A stretch of DNA of 64,000 nt from Acidimicrobiales bacterium. GTDB taxonomy: Bacteria; Actinomycetota; Acidimicrobiia; Acidimicrobiales; Aldehydirespiratoraceae. Below the pieces are notes generated by a model. It was not told the origin of the DNA. It ran no database searches and saw nothing but the letters and a program-made list of their open reading frames with translations. The stretch is taken from the NCBI GenBank assembly GCA_965116965.1, contig OZ220743.1:3792418-3856417 (forward strand). The letters run 5' to 3'. The position numbers and the translations under genes are program-made. How positions within the stretch are numbered: the stretch's first letter is position 1; the number at the start of each line of letters is the position of its first letter. Shown piece by piece: positions 1 through 8,444 of the stretch.

Positions 1-164
1 CACTCAGCGCGGTCATCAACGAACTCCTCGCCGAGGGCCTCAGGCAATTGACTCGACCCCCAGCGCGTCGCCGGCTAGGACAGCTCCGCGGCACCATAGT
101 GATCGCCGACGACTTCGACGACACGCCCGCGGAGATCCTCGACTCGATCATCGAACCACTCTGA
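1..164 (+). CDS. type II antitoxin, 3' part (gene starts upstream of the window)
   Basis: Frame is open from the window edge (...AVINELLAEGLRQL...DDFDDTPAEILDSIIEPL*). Its TGA (162-164) overlaps the ATG (164) of the downstream PIN toxin gene (ATGA), the usual antitoxin-toxin coupling. Confidence 0.5.
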   Translation, partial: LSAVINELLAEGLRQLTRPPARRRLGQLRGTIVIADDFDDTPAEILDSIIEPL

Positions 165-544
165 TGGCGGCGCTGCTGCTCGACACGCACGTCCTGCTGT
201 GGGCCAACGAGGCACCGGAGCGACTCTCGGGCGAGGCTGTCGACGCGCTCGAAGATCCAGCCAACGATCTGTTCGTGTCATCGATCTCGGTGGCAGAGAT
301 CGAGATCAAGCGCGCCCTAGGGAAGCTGGCCCTAAAGCACAGTTGCCGCACGCTGGCCGCACGGCTCGACGCCAACTGGCTGGACTTGACGGCAGTTCAC
401 GCCATGGGCCTGCGAGCACTCCCTCACTTGCACGCCGACCCGTTCGATCGGCTCCTCATTGCCCAAGCTGTCGCCGAGGGCCACACGCTCGTCACGAGCG
501 ACGACAAGGTGCTCGCCTACCCGGTCTCATCGCTGGCCGCATGA
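164..544 (+). CDS. vapC: PIN-domain ribonuclease toxin (VapC family)
   Basis: 126 aa. 'LLDTHVLLW', 'SSISVAEIEIK' and 'DPFDRLLIAQA...LVTSD' match the conserved acidic PIN motifs. Translationally coupled to the upstream antitoxin. Confidence 0.85.
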   Translation: MAALLLDTHVLLWANEAPERLSGEAVDALEDPANDLFVSSISVAEIEIKRALGKLALKHSCRTLAARLDANWLDLTAVHAMGLRALPHLHADPFDRLLIAQAVAEGHTLVTSDDKVLAYPVSSLAA

Positions 545-577
545 CCTCCCGGCCAACAACATCCCTCGCCGCCGCTC

Positions 578-865
578 TCATCCTCGGCTCGGGCTGGTGC
601 AGATGAAGACGGCCCCGCCGACGGTCAGCGGAGCGGGCCCGTCACCGAATCGCGCTCTCAGGATCTCGGTTACCCGCCCGGCAAGCCGGACACGGTCTGG
701 CTCGGAATCGAACGCCATCTCGTAGTACGCAGTGCTCCGGTAGTAGTCGAGCACCGCATCGACGGCCGGGAAGGCGAGGACGCCCGACCACGGCTCGGCG
801 CACACCCGTCGAAACGAGGCGGAGAGCTTGCGGTCACCGGATTCGGCATCGAAGTTGGTTGACAT
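578..865 (-). pseudogene. 95-aa ORF resembling only the C-terminal tail of a class I SAM-dependent methyltransferase (probable remnant)
   Basis: Internal ATG (865) of the 578..1132 ORF. The upstream part of that ORF overlaps the macro-domain gene in another frame. The sequence (...AFPAVDAVLDYYRSTAYY...RVTEILRARFGDGPAPLTVGGAVFICT) looks like a methyltransferase C-terminus without the SAM-binding fold. Confidence 0.3.
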
Positions 866-894
866 CCGCTCGACGAGCCGACCGCCAAGATCGG

Positions 895-1461
895 TCACGG
901 CCTTGGTGTGGGCATGCTGCAACCGAGGAGCGCCTGGTAAGCGTCGAGGGTCTGCTGGTTGAAGCACACGAAGCGCACGACCCGGACGCCGGTCGGAGTC
1001 GTCCGCACGGTGCTGACGGCAATGGCGGCGGCCGGCTCGGTGGGGTAGCCGTAGACGCCGGTAGAGATGGCCGGGAACGCCACCGACTCGGCTCCGACCT
1101 CGTCGGCCCGGGCCAACGACTCCCGGTAGCACGACGCCAGCAGACCGGGCTCACCCTGGTTGCCGCCATGCCAGACCGGGCCGACAGTGTGGATCACCCA
1201 ACTGGCCGCCAGCCGGAAACCGGGCGTGATCTTGGCGTCACCGGTAGCACAGCCGCCCAGCCCCCGGCAGTGCTCAAGCAGTTCGGGTCCGGCTGCCCGG
1301 TGGATGGCCCCGTCCACTCCCCCGCCGCCCAGCAGCGACGAGTTGGCCGCGTTGACGATGGCATCCACCTGCTCGGCAGTGATGTCTCCCAGCCCCGCCT
1401 CGAGTCTTGGCCCCGATCGATCGGCGTCCACACGAGCGGGCTCTCCATCCATGGCGGCCAT
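895..1461 (-). CDS. macro-domain protein (ADP-ribose binding / O-acetyl-ADP-ribose deacetylase, YmdB-like)
   Basis: 188 aa with 'DAIVNAAN', '[14 protein letters not shown]', 'VIHTVGPVW' and '[13 protein letters not shown]', the canonical macro-domain motifs. Confidence 0.85.
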   Translation of the reverse strand: MAAMDGEPARVDADRSGPRLEAGLGDITAEQVDAIVNAANSSLLGGGGVDGAIHRAAGPELLEHCRGLGGCATGDAKITPGFRLAASWVIHTVGPVWHGGNQGEPGLLASCYRESLARADEVGAESVAFPAISTGVYGYPTEPAAAIAVSTVRTTPTGVRVVRFVCFNQQTLDAYQALLGCSMPTPRP

Positions 1462-1509
1462 TCTGCCCGCTGAAGCCGGCAGAGATCTCGGTTCGGAGGG
1501 CTAAGACTC

Positions 1510-2343
1510 TCAGCCGGCGACGATGAGCGCGACGGCCGCCAGCGCGATCCCGAGTCCCAGCATCTGGACCCCTCGCAGTCTCTCCCGGAACACCAGCCAC
1601 GCCCAGAACACCGTGGCGGCGGGGAACAGGGACGTGAGGACGGCCGCCACCGATGTCGACCCCAGCCGGGCCGCAGTCACGAACAGCGCGTTTCCGGCCG
1701 TCACCAGTGCCGCGATGCCGATCATGTGGGGCCAGACGCCGCGAGACGCCGACAGAGGGAACCGCTTGGCGGCAATGATCACGGCCAGCACCACGAACCC
1801 GGACCCGCGCGCCGCCACAATCGGCCACAGGCCGCTGTCCTCGGACGTATTGGCGAGGCAGACCAGCAGCATCCCGACCCCGACGGCGCCGCCCAGCCCG
1901 TAGAGCACGCTGGAGCCGACCGAGCCTCGCTGCTCGGAACGGGCCATGCTGACCAGCCCGATGGCCAGCAGCCCGAGCAGGACCCCTGCGGTTGCGGTCG
2001 GCGACAGGGCGTCATCACCGAAGACTGACGCGACGATCACCGGCAATGCGGCCGCGCCCACGCCGGCCACCGGCGCCGCGATGCTGACCCGGACGCGGGC
2101 GTACCCCGCGTACAGCGCCACCAGACCGCCCGCCAACACCACGCCGCCCAGCGCCCCCCACGCCACATCGGCCATGTTCGCCTCGCCCACCACCACTAGC
2201 GAGGCCACGAACGCCAACACAAGGCCCACCAGACTGGAGGCGGCCGTCACGACGACCGGGTCGGCTCGCCGGCTGGCCAGACCGCCGAGAAAGTCCGATG
2301 TCCCCACTGACAGCGCGGCCAGCAATCCCAACAGCACCGTCAT
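1510..2343 (-). CDS. EamA/DMT-family transporter
   Basis: 277 aa, almost entirely hydrophobic with about 10 helices in two similar halves, typical of the EamA duplication. Confidence 0.8.
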   Translation of the reverse strand: MTVLLGLLAALSVGTSDFLGGLASRRADPVVVTAASSLVGLVLAFVASLVVVGEANMADVAWGALGGVVLAGGLVALYAGYARVRVSIAAPVAGVGAAALPVIVASVFGDDALSPTATAGVLLGLLAIGLVSMARSEQRGSVGSSVLYGLGGAVGVGMLLVCLANTSEDSGLWPIVAARGSGFVVLAVIIAAKRFPLSASRGVWPHMIGIAALVTAGNALFVTAARLGSTSVAAVLTSLFPAATVFWAWLVFRERLRGVQMLGLGIALAAVALIVAG

Positions 2344-2456
2344 GACGACATCACCAGCGTGAGTCTGGCCGACTGATCGCCCCCTTGCCGAGGTCGCAAG
2401 GCGGGCGCAGCCACGACATCGGCCGCCCGGCCCAACTCGGCGCGTACTCTCGGAGC

Positions 2457-2939
2457 ATGCCGCGGCTGTTCGTCGCTGTCTGGCCGCCAGAGGATGTGCT
2501 GCGGGAACTGGTCGCCGTGCCGAGGCCCGCGGTGGACGGGCTGCGCTGGACCAAGCCCGGGCGGCTGCATGTCACCCTCCGGTTCCTGGGCCAGTGCGAC
2601 GAGGCCGAGGTCCGGGCCGCCCTGGCCGCCACTCGCCTACCAGCGGCTCGGGTGACGCTGGGGCCGCGGGTCAAGCGGCTGGGACGTGGCGTGCTGATGG
2701 TCCCGGTCCAGGGCCTCGACGACCTGGCCGCAGCAGTCGAGGCCGCCATCTCGCAGGTGGGCCTGCCGCCGGCCGACCATCCCTTCACCGGCCACCTCAC
2801 CGTGGCCCGGTTCAAGCGCAAGCCCCCGCCCGGCTACCGGCCCACGCTGAAGGCGTCGTTCGCGGTCACGGAGATCGCGCTCGTGAGGACCGAGCCATCC
2901 GGCTCCTACACGAACGTGCAGCGTTTCGATCTGCGCTGA
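2457..2939 (+). CDS. thpR: RNA 2',3'-cyclic phosphodiesterase (2H phosphoesterase, ThpR/LigT family)
   Basis: Two H-x-T motifs ('HVTLRF', 'HLTVAR') and the typical N-terminus 'MPRLFVAVWPP'. ATG 2457 is preferred over the in-frame upstream start at 2385. Confidence 0.8.
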   Translation: MPRLFVAVWPPEDVLRELVAVPRPAVDGLRWTKPGRLHVTLRFLGQCDEAEVRAALAATRLPAARVTLGPRVKRLGRGVLMVPVQGLDDLAAAVEAAISQVGLPPADHPFTGHLTVARFKRKPPPGYRPTLKASFAVTEIALVRTEPSGSYTNVQRFDLR

Positions 2940-3048
2940 CCGGCGATGACAAGGGGGCGGCTCAGGGCTGGAACTCGACGAAGCCCGGCAGCGATGGAGC
3001 CGTTGTCGGAGGCCACCGGCGACCGGGGTGGAAGCGTCGGGACAGGTC

Positions 3049-3354
3049 TCAGTCGAGCAGGGCGTCGGAGCGGACCCGGCGCCGCTCGGCCTCCTCGTGC
3101 TCAGCCAGCACCCGGCCGAACAGCTGGCGGGTGCACAGGTCGGCGCCCAGCGCGCCGTCTCGCGCCGACACCGCAGCCACCGCCCCGACGTCCACCGCCG
3201 CAGCCAGCGCAGCCGCGTCGAGGTCATAGGCCGTCACCGAGTAGCCCGCAGCCACCAGCCGCCGGCACATCGGCCCGCCCATGGTGCCCAGTCCCAGGAA
3301 GCCGACCCTTGGGCGGCCTCGGTCCGATCCCTGTCCCGGCGATGGATCGCTCAC
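3049..3354 (-). pseudogene. truncated NAD(P)-binding N-terminus of a 3-hydroxyisobutyrate/6-phosphogluconate dehydrogenase-family gene
   Basis: 101-aa ORF with the Rossmann motif 'VGFLGLGTMGGPMCRRLVAAGYSVTAYD'. Family members are about 290 aa, and the resemblance is lost after about 60 aa. Confidence 0.5.
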
Positions 3355-3365
3355 TGACAGCCAAG

Positions 3366-3734
3366 CTAGGCGAGGTCAAGCTCCAACACGAGCCTCAAGC
3401 CGGCCTCGATGCGCCACATGGTTGCAGCATCGACCCCTCCCACACGGTCGTCGAGACGCGCCTTGTCGATGGTCAACACCTGAGTCACGTTCGCAACCGA
3501 GTCTTGGCGAAGGCCCGAGTCAGCGCCCGAGAGCTCCACGTTGCCGGGTGACCGGGCCAGGTCGACGTTCGATGAGATGGCCACGCCGACCACCGTGTTC
3601 AAGTCACTGATATTGAACGAGTCCGCCGATACGACCAACACCGGTCGCCGGTAGCCGGGCTCCGATCCAGCGGGCGGCGGCAGGTGCGCCCACCAGATCT
3701 CGCCCCTCGCCGGCACGGCCGGCACTGTCACCAC
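3366..3734 (-). CDS. MazF/PemK-family endoribonuclease toxin
   Basis: 122 aa with 'ARGEIWWAHLPPP...RPVLVVS...' and 'VANVTQVLTIDKARL', the PemK-fold hallmarks. Overlaps the upstream RHH antitoxin gene by 7 nt. Confidence 0.85.
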   Translation of the reverse strand: MVTVPAVPARGEIWWAHLPPPAGSEPGYRRPVLVVSADSFNISDLNTVVGVAISSNVDLARSPGNVELSGADSGLRQDSVANVTQVLTIDKARLDDRVGGVDAATMWRIEAGLRLVLELDLA

Positions 3735-4009
3735 TCCTCGCGCACGGCCTCGGATTGGGCAGCGGCCAGTCCGGGATCGAGACGCGAGTCGACTCTGCTG
3801 TGCACCTCGTTGAGCCGTCGGGTGATCTCGCTGCGATCCTCGCGGCTCACGAGCAACGCGAGCGCCTCGGCGTAGAGCTGGGAGCGGGACAGCTTGCGGC
3901 GCTTGGCCAGACGATCGGCCTCCGCGAACAGCGGGTCGGGTATGGAGACGGCAACCTTCACAACGCGAGCATACCCGGTATGACCGCCGCGCCGATTCGG
4001 TGCCGCCAC
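3728..4009 (-). CDS. ribbon-helix-helix (CopG/MazE-like) antitoxin
   Basis: 'VKVAVSIPDPLFAEADRLAKRRKLSRSQLYAEAL' is an RHH beta-strand plus two helices. The alternative GTG at 3961 (VKVAVSIP...) may be the true start. Confidence 0.7.
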   Translation of the reverse strand: MAAPNRRGGHTGYARVVKVAVSIPDPLFAEADRLAKRRKLSRSQLYAEALALLVSREDRSEITRRLNEVHSRVDSRLDPGLAAAQSEAVREEW

Positions 4010-4076
4010 GTCTCCGTCGGTCAGCCCGGCCGGCGCCCGATCGATGCCGGCTTCGTGCCGTTGGGGACTAGTGTCC

Positions 4077-5303
4077 TTAGACCAGGTCGAGGGGGTAGGT
4101 GGACAGGCGTTCGTGGCCGGTCTCGGTGATGAGGATCTGCTCCTCGAGCTTGACCCCCTCGCCGCCGGACTTCGGGCCCACGAAGGCTTCGACGCACATC
4201 ACGGTGCCCGGCTCCAGTACGGCCTCGTATCCCTCTCTCCCCCAGCGCTCGCGGGTGAACACCGACGGGTACTCGTCGCACAGGCCTGCGCCGTGCGACA
4301 GCACCGTGTAGCAGTTGTAGTCGTCCAGCGACGGGTACCACGACCGCTGCGCCAGCTCGCGCACCGACGCTCCCGGCCCGTGCAGCTCGATGTTGCGCTC
4401 GATCTGCTCCCGGGCCAGCGACCACACATCCTGCTGGGCCGCAGACGGCGCGCCCCCGCCGCACAGCCACGTGCGGGAGACGTCCACGCACGCGCCGTAG
4501 GCGCACACCATGTCGGTGTCGAAGCCCATCAGCTCGCCGGCCTGGACCCGGCGGCTGCTGACCTCCTGGTACCACGGGTTGGTGCGGGGGCCCGACGCGA
4601 GCAGCCGGGTCTCGATCCACTCCCCGTAGCGGGCGAAGTTGCCGGCCTGCAGGGTCGCCCACAGTTCCATCTCGGTGACGCCGGGCTCGAACACCGCCCG
4701 CATGTCGCCGATGGCGGCCTCGCAGGCGTGGACCGCGCAGCGCATGGCCGCGATCTCCTCTGGCGACTTGACCACGCGGGCCTCCTCCATGAGCGACCAG
4801 GCGTCTACCAGGCACACTCCGTGAGCCTCCAGCGCCCGCATCCCGATCAGGTCGAGATGGTCGACCGCCAGACGGCGGTCGCCCCGCCCGTGCTCCGCCA
4901 ACAGGTCGGCGATCTCTTGAGCCCACCGGTCGGCTACCTCCGGAGCCCGGGTCCCGGCGTAGAAGTAGATGTACGACAATCCCGGCCTGATCTCGTCCAC
5001 CACCTCTGAGTGGGTGTCGAGGAACTCTCCCTTCGAGAACTCGAACAGCACCACCGGCCCGTCGGTGGCCACGAAGGCGTAGCGCACCGCGTTGTGCATC
5101 GTCCAGATCGACATGTTGGTGGTGTCGGTGGCGTAGCGGATGTTCAGAGGGTCATACAGCAGTGCGGCGTCGCAGCCCGCGGCCCGCAGTTGCGAGCGCA
5201 CCCGCTCGATCCGGTAGCGCCGGATCGCCGTGCGGTCGGGCAACCGCAAACCGGCTGCGACCCACTCCGCCTCCAGTTCGGCGCCAGGCCCCAGGGAGTG
5301 CAT
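4077..5303 (-). CDS. M24-family metallohydrolase (creatinase / Xaa-Pro peptidase / DddP-like fold)
   Basis: Creatinase-like N-domain plus pita-bread C-domain ('GFDTDMVCAYGACVDVSRTW', 'HGAGLCDEYP', 'VMCVEAF...VKLEEQILIT'). ATG 5303 is preferred; the longest ORF start is 5387. Confidence 0.8.
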   Translation of the reverse strand: MHSLGPGAELEAEWVAAGLRLPDRTAIRRYRIERVRSQLRAAGCDAALLYDPLNIRYATDTTNMSIWTMHNAVRYAFVATDGPVVLFEFSKGEFLDTHSEVVDEIRPGLSYIYFYAGTRAPEVADRWAQEIADLLAEHGRGDRRLAVDHLDLIGMRALEAHGVCLVDAWSLMEEARVVKSPEEIAAMRCAVHACEAAIGDMRAVFEPGVTEMELWATLQAGNFARYGEWIETRLLASGPRTNPWYQEVSSRRVQAGELMGFDTDMVCAYGACVDVSRTWLCGGGAPSAAQQDVWSLAREQIERNIELHGPGASVRELAQRSWYPSLDDYNCYTVLSHGAGLCDEYPSVFTRERWGREGYEAVLEPGTVMCVEAFVGPKSGGEGVKLEEQILITETGHERLSTYPLDLV

Positions 5304-5444
5304 ATTGCGGTCCCCGTGGTCGAGCAGCCACTCCGGCGGCTCCCCACGGTCAGCCCCGATCCTTGGACGATGCCTCGGTCCAGCCACGGCGAGATTCTGC
5401 CCTGTTGCCGACGCCTAGTGGTGACTCCACTAAGGTCGCTAGCA

Positions 5445-6962
5445 GTGGTCAGGCGAGGACGCCCCCGCGTCGCAACCCGGTCATCTGCGATCGCCCAACT
5501 GCCGTGGCGGTCCGTGGAGAACCCGCACGGAACGCTGCAGGTGCTCGACGACGAGGGACTGTCCACGATCCACGCGGCCTCGATGCGGGTACTGGAAGAG
5601 CTCGGCATCGAGCTGTGGTCGCCGGACGCTTGCAAGCTCTTCGCCGATGCCGGCGCCATTGTCGAGGGCGAGGTGGTGCGGGTTGGCCGCGACATCGTGG
5701 AGGCCGCGCTGGCCACCGCACCGGCCAGCTTCACGCTCACCCCTCGCGACCCGGTCAAGCAGCTCCGGATCGGGGGCCGCAGCATGGCTTTCGGTCTGGT
5801 GGCCGGCCCGGCGGCGGTGCACGACGAGATCAATGGCCGTCGCAGCTCCAACATGGCCGACTACGAGAACTTCATCAGGCTGGCCCACTACTTCAACGCC
5901 ATCCACATCATCGGCAACCAGGTCGTCGCGCCGATGGAGCTGCCGGCCAACACCCGCCACCTCGACGCCTACCGGGCCAACCTGGTGCTGTCGGACCTGT
6001 CGTACCACTGCACCTCGATCGGCCGGGGCCGGGCACTCGACGGGATCCGGATGATGGCCATCAGCCGGGGCGACACGCTCGACGAGATGGCGGAATCGCC
6101 CGGGGTGACCACCATCATCAACGTGAACTCGCCGCGCCGCTTCGACGCCGAGATGGCCAACGGGCTGATAACCATGGCCGAGCACGGCCAGCCGGCGTCG
6201 GTCACCCCCTTCACGCTGATGGGAGCCATGGCCCCGGTGACACTCGCGGCTGCGCTCGTGCAGCAGAACGCCGAGGCTCTGTTCGGGATCGCCCTCACCC
6301 AGCTCGTTCGCCCAGGCGCGCCAGTGCTGTACGGCGCGTTCACCTCCAATGTCGACATGCGCTCGGGCTCGCCCGCGTTCGGCACGCCGGAGCAGGTCAA
6401 GGCCAACGTGGCGTCGGGGCAGCTGGCCCGCCACTACGGTCTTCCCTACCGGGCGTCGAACTCGAGCGCGTCAAACGTCGTGGACGCCCAGGCCGCCTAC
6501 GAGACGCAGATGTCGCTGTGGGGCTGCATCCTGGGAGGGGCCAACCTCGTGTACCACGCGGCCGGATGGATGGAGGGCGGGCTGCAGGCCAGCTACGAGA
6601 AGCTGATCCTCGACGTGGAGATGCTCCAGCAGACGATGGAGTTCCTGACACCCGTTCCCGTCGCCGGCCCGGACCTCGCCTTCGAGGCCATGCAGCGGGT
6701 GCCCACCGGCGGCCACTTCTTCGGCGACGAGCACACCCTGGAGCGCTACGAGACCGCCTTCTACCCGCCGCTGATCTCGGACTGGCAGAACCACGGCGCC
6801 TGGGCCGACTCGGGCGGGCTCAACGCCACCCAGCGGGCCACCGCCGTCTGGCAGGCGGCGCTGGAGGAGTACGTCGAACCGCCGCTCGACAGTGCCCGGC
6901 GGGAGCAACTCGACGACTACGTCGAGCGCCGCCGGCGCGAGATCGGCGACGGCGAACCCTGA
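5445..6962 (+). CDS. trimethylamine methyltransferase (MttB) family protein, non-pyrrolysine type
   Basis: 'QLPWRSVENP...LDDEGLSTIHAASMRVLEELGIE' N-terminus and MttB-like sequence throughout, with no in-frame TAG. GTG 5445 is chosen because the long upstream extension (from 5010) overlaps the divergent M24 gene. Confidence 0.85.
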   Translation: MVRRGRPRVATRSSAIAQLPWRSVENPHGTLQVLDDEGLSTIHAASMRVLEELGIELWSPDACKLFADAGAIVEGEVVRVGRDIVEAALATAPASFTLTPRDPVKQLRIGGRSMAFGLVAGPAAVHDEINGRRSSNMADYENFIRLAHYFNAIHIIGNQVVAPMELPANTRHLDAYRANLVLSDLSYHCTSIGRGRALDGIRMMAISRGDTLDEMAESPGVTTIINVNSPRRFDAEMANGLITMAEHGQPASVTPFTLMGAMAPVTLAAALVQQNAEALFGIALTQLVRPGAPVLYGAFTSNVDMRSGSPAFGTPEQVKANVASGQLARHYGLPYRASNSSASNVVDAQAAYETQMSLWGCILGGANLVYHAAGWMEGGLQASYEKLILDVEMLQQTMEFLTPVPVAGPDLAFEAMQRVPTGGHFFGDEHTLERYETAFYPPLISDWQNHGAWADSGGLNATQRATAVWQAALEEYVEPPLDSARREQLDDYVERRRREIGDGEP

Positions 6963-7008
6963 GGCCGAGCGGGCAGGCGAGCGGACCCGGTCCTCGCCGA
7001 TGAACGGC

Positions 7009-7038
7009 GATGGGGCGGGGCCGAAGCCCCGCCCCATC
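7009..7038. terminator. perfect 13-bp stem / 4-nt loop hairpin between convergent genes (candidate bidirectional terminator)
   Basis: gatggggcggggc-cgaa-gccccgccccatc lies between the mttB-like stop (6962) and the substrate-binding-protein stop (7079). A second weaker hairpin is at about 7049-7075. Confidence 0.5.
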
Positions 7039-7078
7039 AACTGTTGGTCTCTCGTGAGGCCTCAGGCCTCGAGAGTGG

Positions 7079-8302
7079 TTAGGCCGCGGCCAGAGCTGCG
7101 GCGATCCACTCGTCGGCCAGAGCGCGGTTGTCCGCGAGCCACTGGGTGGCCAGGTCGGTCGGGTCTGCGCCCTCGTCCTGCTCCACGTTGGCCAGTGACA
7201 CGTCGATCACCGACAGCTTCACCACTTCGAAGAGCGCCTCGGCGGCGGGGTTGGCCGCGAGGAAGTCGTTGTTGGCGGTGATCAGAATGTCGGCCGCTAT
7301 CCAGCCGATCGGGCACAGGCCGTCGGCGTTGTCAGCCGCCGCCGGGCACTGGTCCGGGCCGATGGCCGCGTAGCCGCCGGAACCGTCGGCACCGCGCTGG
7401 TCGTGTTCCGCGCCGCCCTCCTGGTTGGCCGGGTTGGAGTCGTCGAGGATAGCGTCGACACCCGCCCAGTAGACGTTGTCGCCCGGCCGCAGCTGGGTGA
7501 TGTACCCCGACGGGGTCCAGGTGTAGGCCACCATCGGGACGCCTTCGTTGGCGCTGTCGGCGGCCTGGGCGAACATCGCGTCATAGCCGGCGATCGTCTG
7601 CTGGATGTTGTCCCAGCCCGAGAACGCGATCTGGTTGGTGATGATGTTGTCGCAGGTCCAGGACTCGGGGCAGCCGAAGATGTCGGCGATGCCGTTGCCG
7701 GGCACGGGGTCGGTAGCATCGAACACAGCCAACGCGTCGGCGTTGCTGTTGAGCTCGTCCAGCGTATAGACGCCGTACTCGTCGGCGAAGGACTTGGTGA
7801 TCAGGAAGCCCTGCAGGCCGCCCGCGATCATCTCCTCGCCCACGATCGAGACGTGATCGCCTACCAGCGAGCCGTCGGGCAGCTCGCCCGCCAGCCACGC
7901 CAGGTGGCCCGGGTACCAGCTGTTGGGCCAGAAGTCCATGTCGCCCTGGGCCATGGCCACATAGCCGTTGTTGGGCCCGAGCTCCAGCTCGGCGGGGTCG
8001 GACACGTTGTAGCCCAGCTCCTCGAGCAGCTGCTTGTAGAGCTCGGCCTGGAAGTAGCCCGTGCTCCAGTTGGCCCGGCCGGCGATCACGTCGACGCCTT
8101 CGCCGGGCAGCATCGGCTCCTCAGCCATGGGCTCTTCTTCAGCCATCGGCTCTTCTTCAGCCATCGGCTCTTCGGCGGCCGGCTCCTCCGCAGCTGGGGC
8201 GGGCGTGGTCGTGGTGTCCTCGTCGTCGCCGCAGGATGCGGCGATCAGAGCGAAGGCCGCGAGCAAAGCGAGCATCATGCTCGCGCGCTTCTTCATTTTC
8301 AT
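7079..8302 (-). CDS. glycine betaine/proline betaine ABC transporter substrate-binding lipoprotein (ProX/OpuAC family)
   Basis: Signal peptide plus lipobox 'LIAASC', an acidic repeat linker, then an OpuAC-type fold ('ANWSTGYFQAELYKQLLEELGY', 'WPNSWYPGH'). SD AGGAGGG lies upstream of the ATG. Confidence 0.85.
   Translation of the reverse strand: MKMKKRASMMLALLAAFALIAASCGDDEDTTTTPAPAAEEPAAEEPMAEEEPMAEEEPMAEEPMLPGEGVDVIAGRANWSTGYFQAELYKQLLEELGYNVSDPAELELGPNNGYVAMAQGDMDFWPNSWYPGHLAWLAGELPDGSLVGDHVSIVGEEMIAGGLQGFLITKSFADEYGVYTLDELNSNADALAVFDATDPVPGNGIADIFGCPESWTCDNIITNQIAFSGWDNIQQTIAGYDAMFAQAADSANEGVPMVAYTWTPSGYITQLRPGDNVYWAGVDAILDDSNPANQEGGAEHDQRGADGSGGYAAIGPDQCPAAADNADGLCPIGWIAADILITANNDFLAANPAAEALFEVVKLSVIDVSLANVEQDEGADPTDLATQWLADNRALADEWIAAALAAA
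8106..8177. repeat. tandem 18-bp coding repeat (about 4 units) in the lipoprotein linker
   Basis: gccatgggctcttcttca / gccatcggctcttcttca / gccatcggctcttcggcg plus a degenerate unit. Encodes (E)EEPMA repeats just after the lipobox. Confidence 0.8.
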
Positions 8303-8444
8303 AAGGGTTCCCTCCTAGGGTGGGGCTTGTTGGGCCGGGCCAAAGGTTAGGCGGCGACCGGCCAAGGATCAACACCCGGACCGGCAACACCGCCGCGGGT
8401 TTCAGTCAATGGAAATGACGGCCTCGATGAACCGCAGCGATTTG

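Noticed and set aside
8106-8177. CRISPR-like or regulatory repeat array
   Set aside because: The units are contiguous with no spacers, 18 bp long, in frame and inside a lipoprotein gene, so this is a coding tandem repeat. No CRISPR array or cas gene is visible anywhere in the window.
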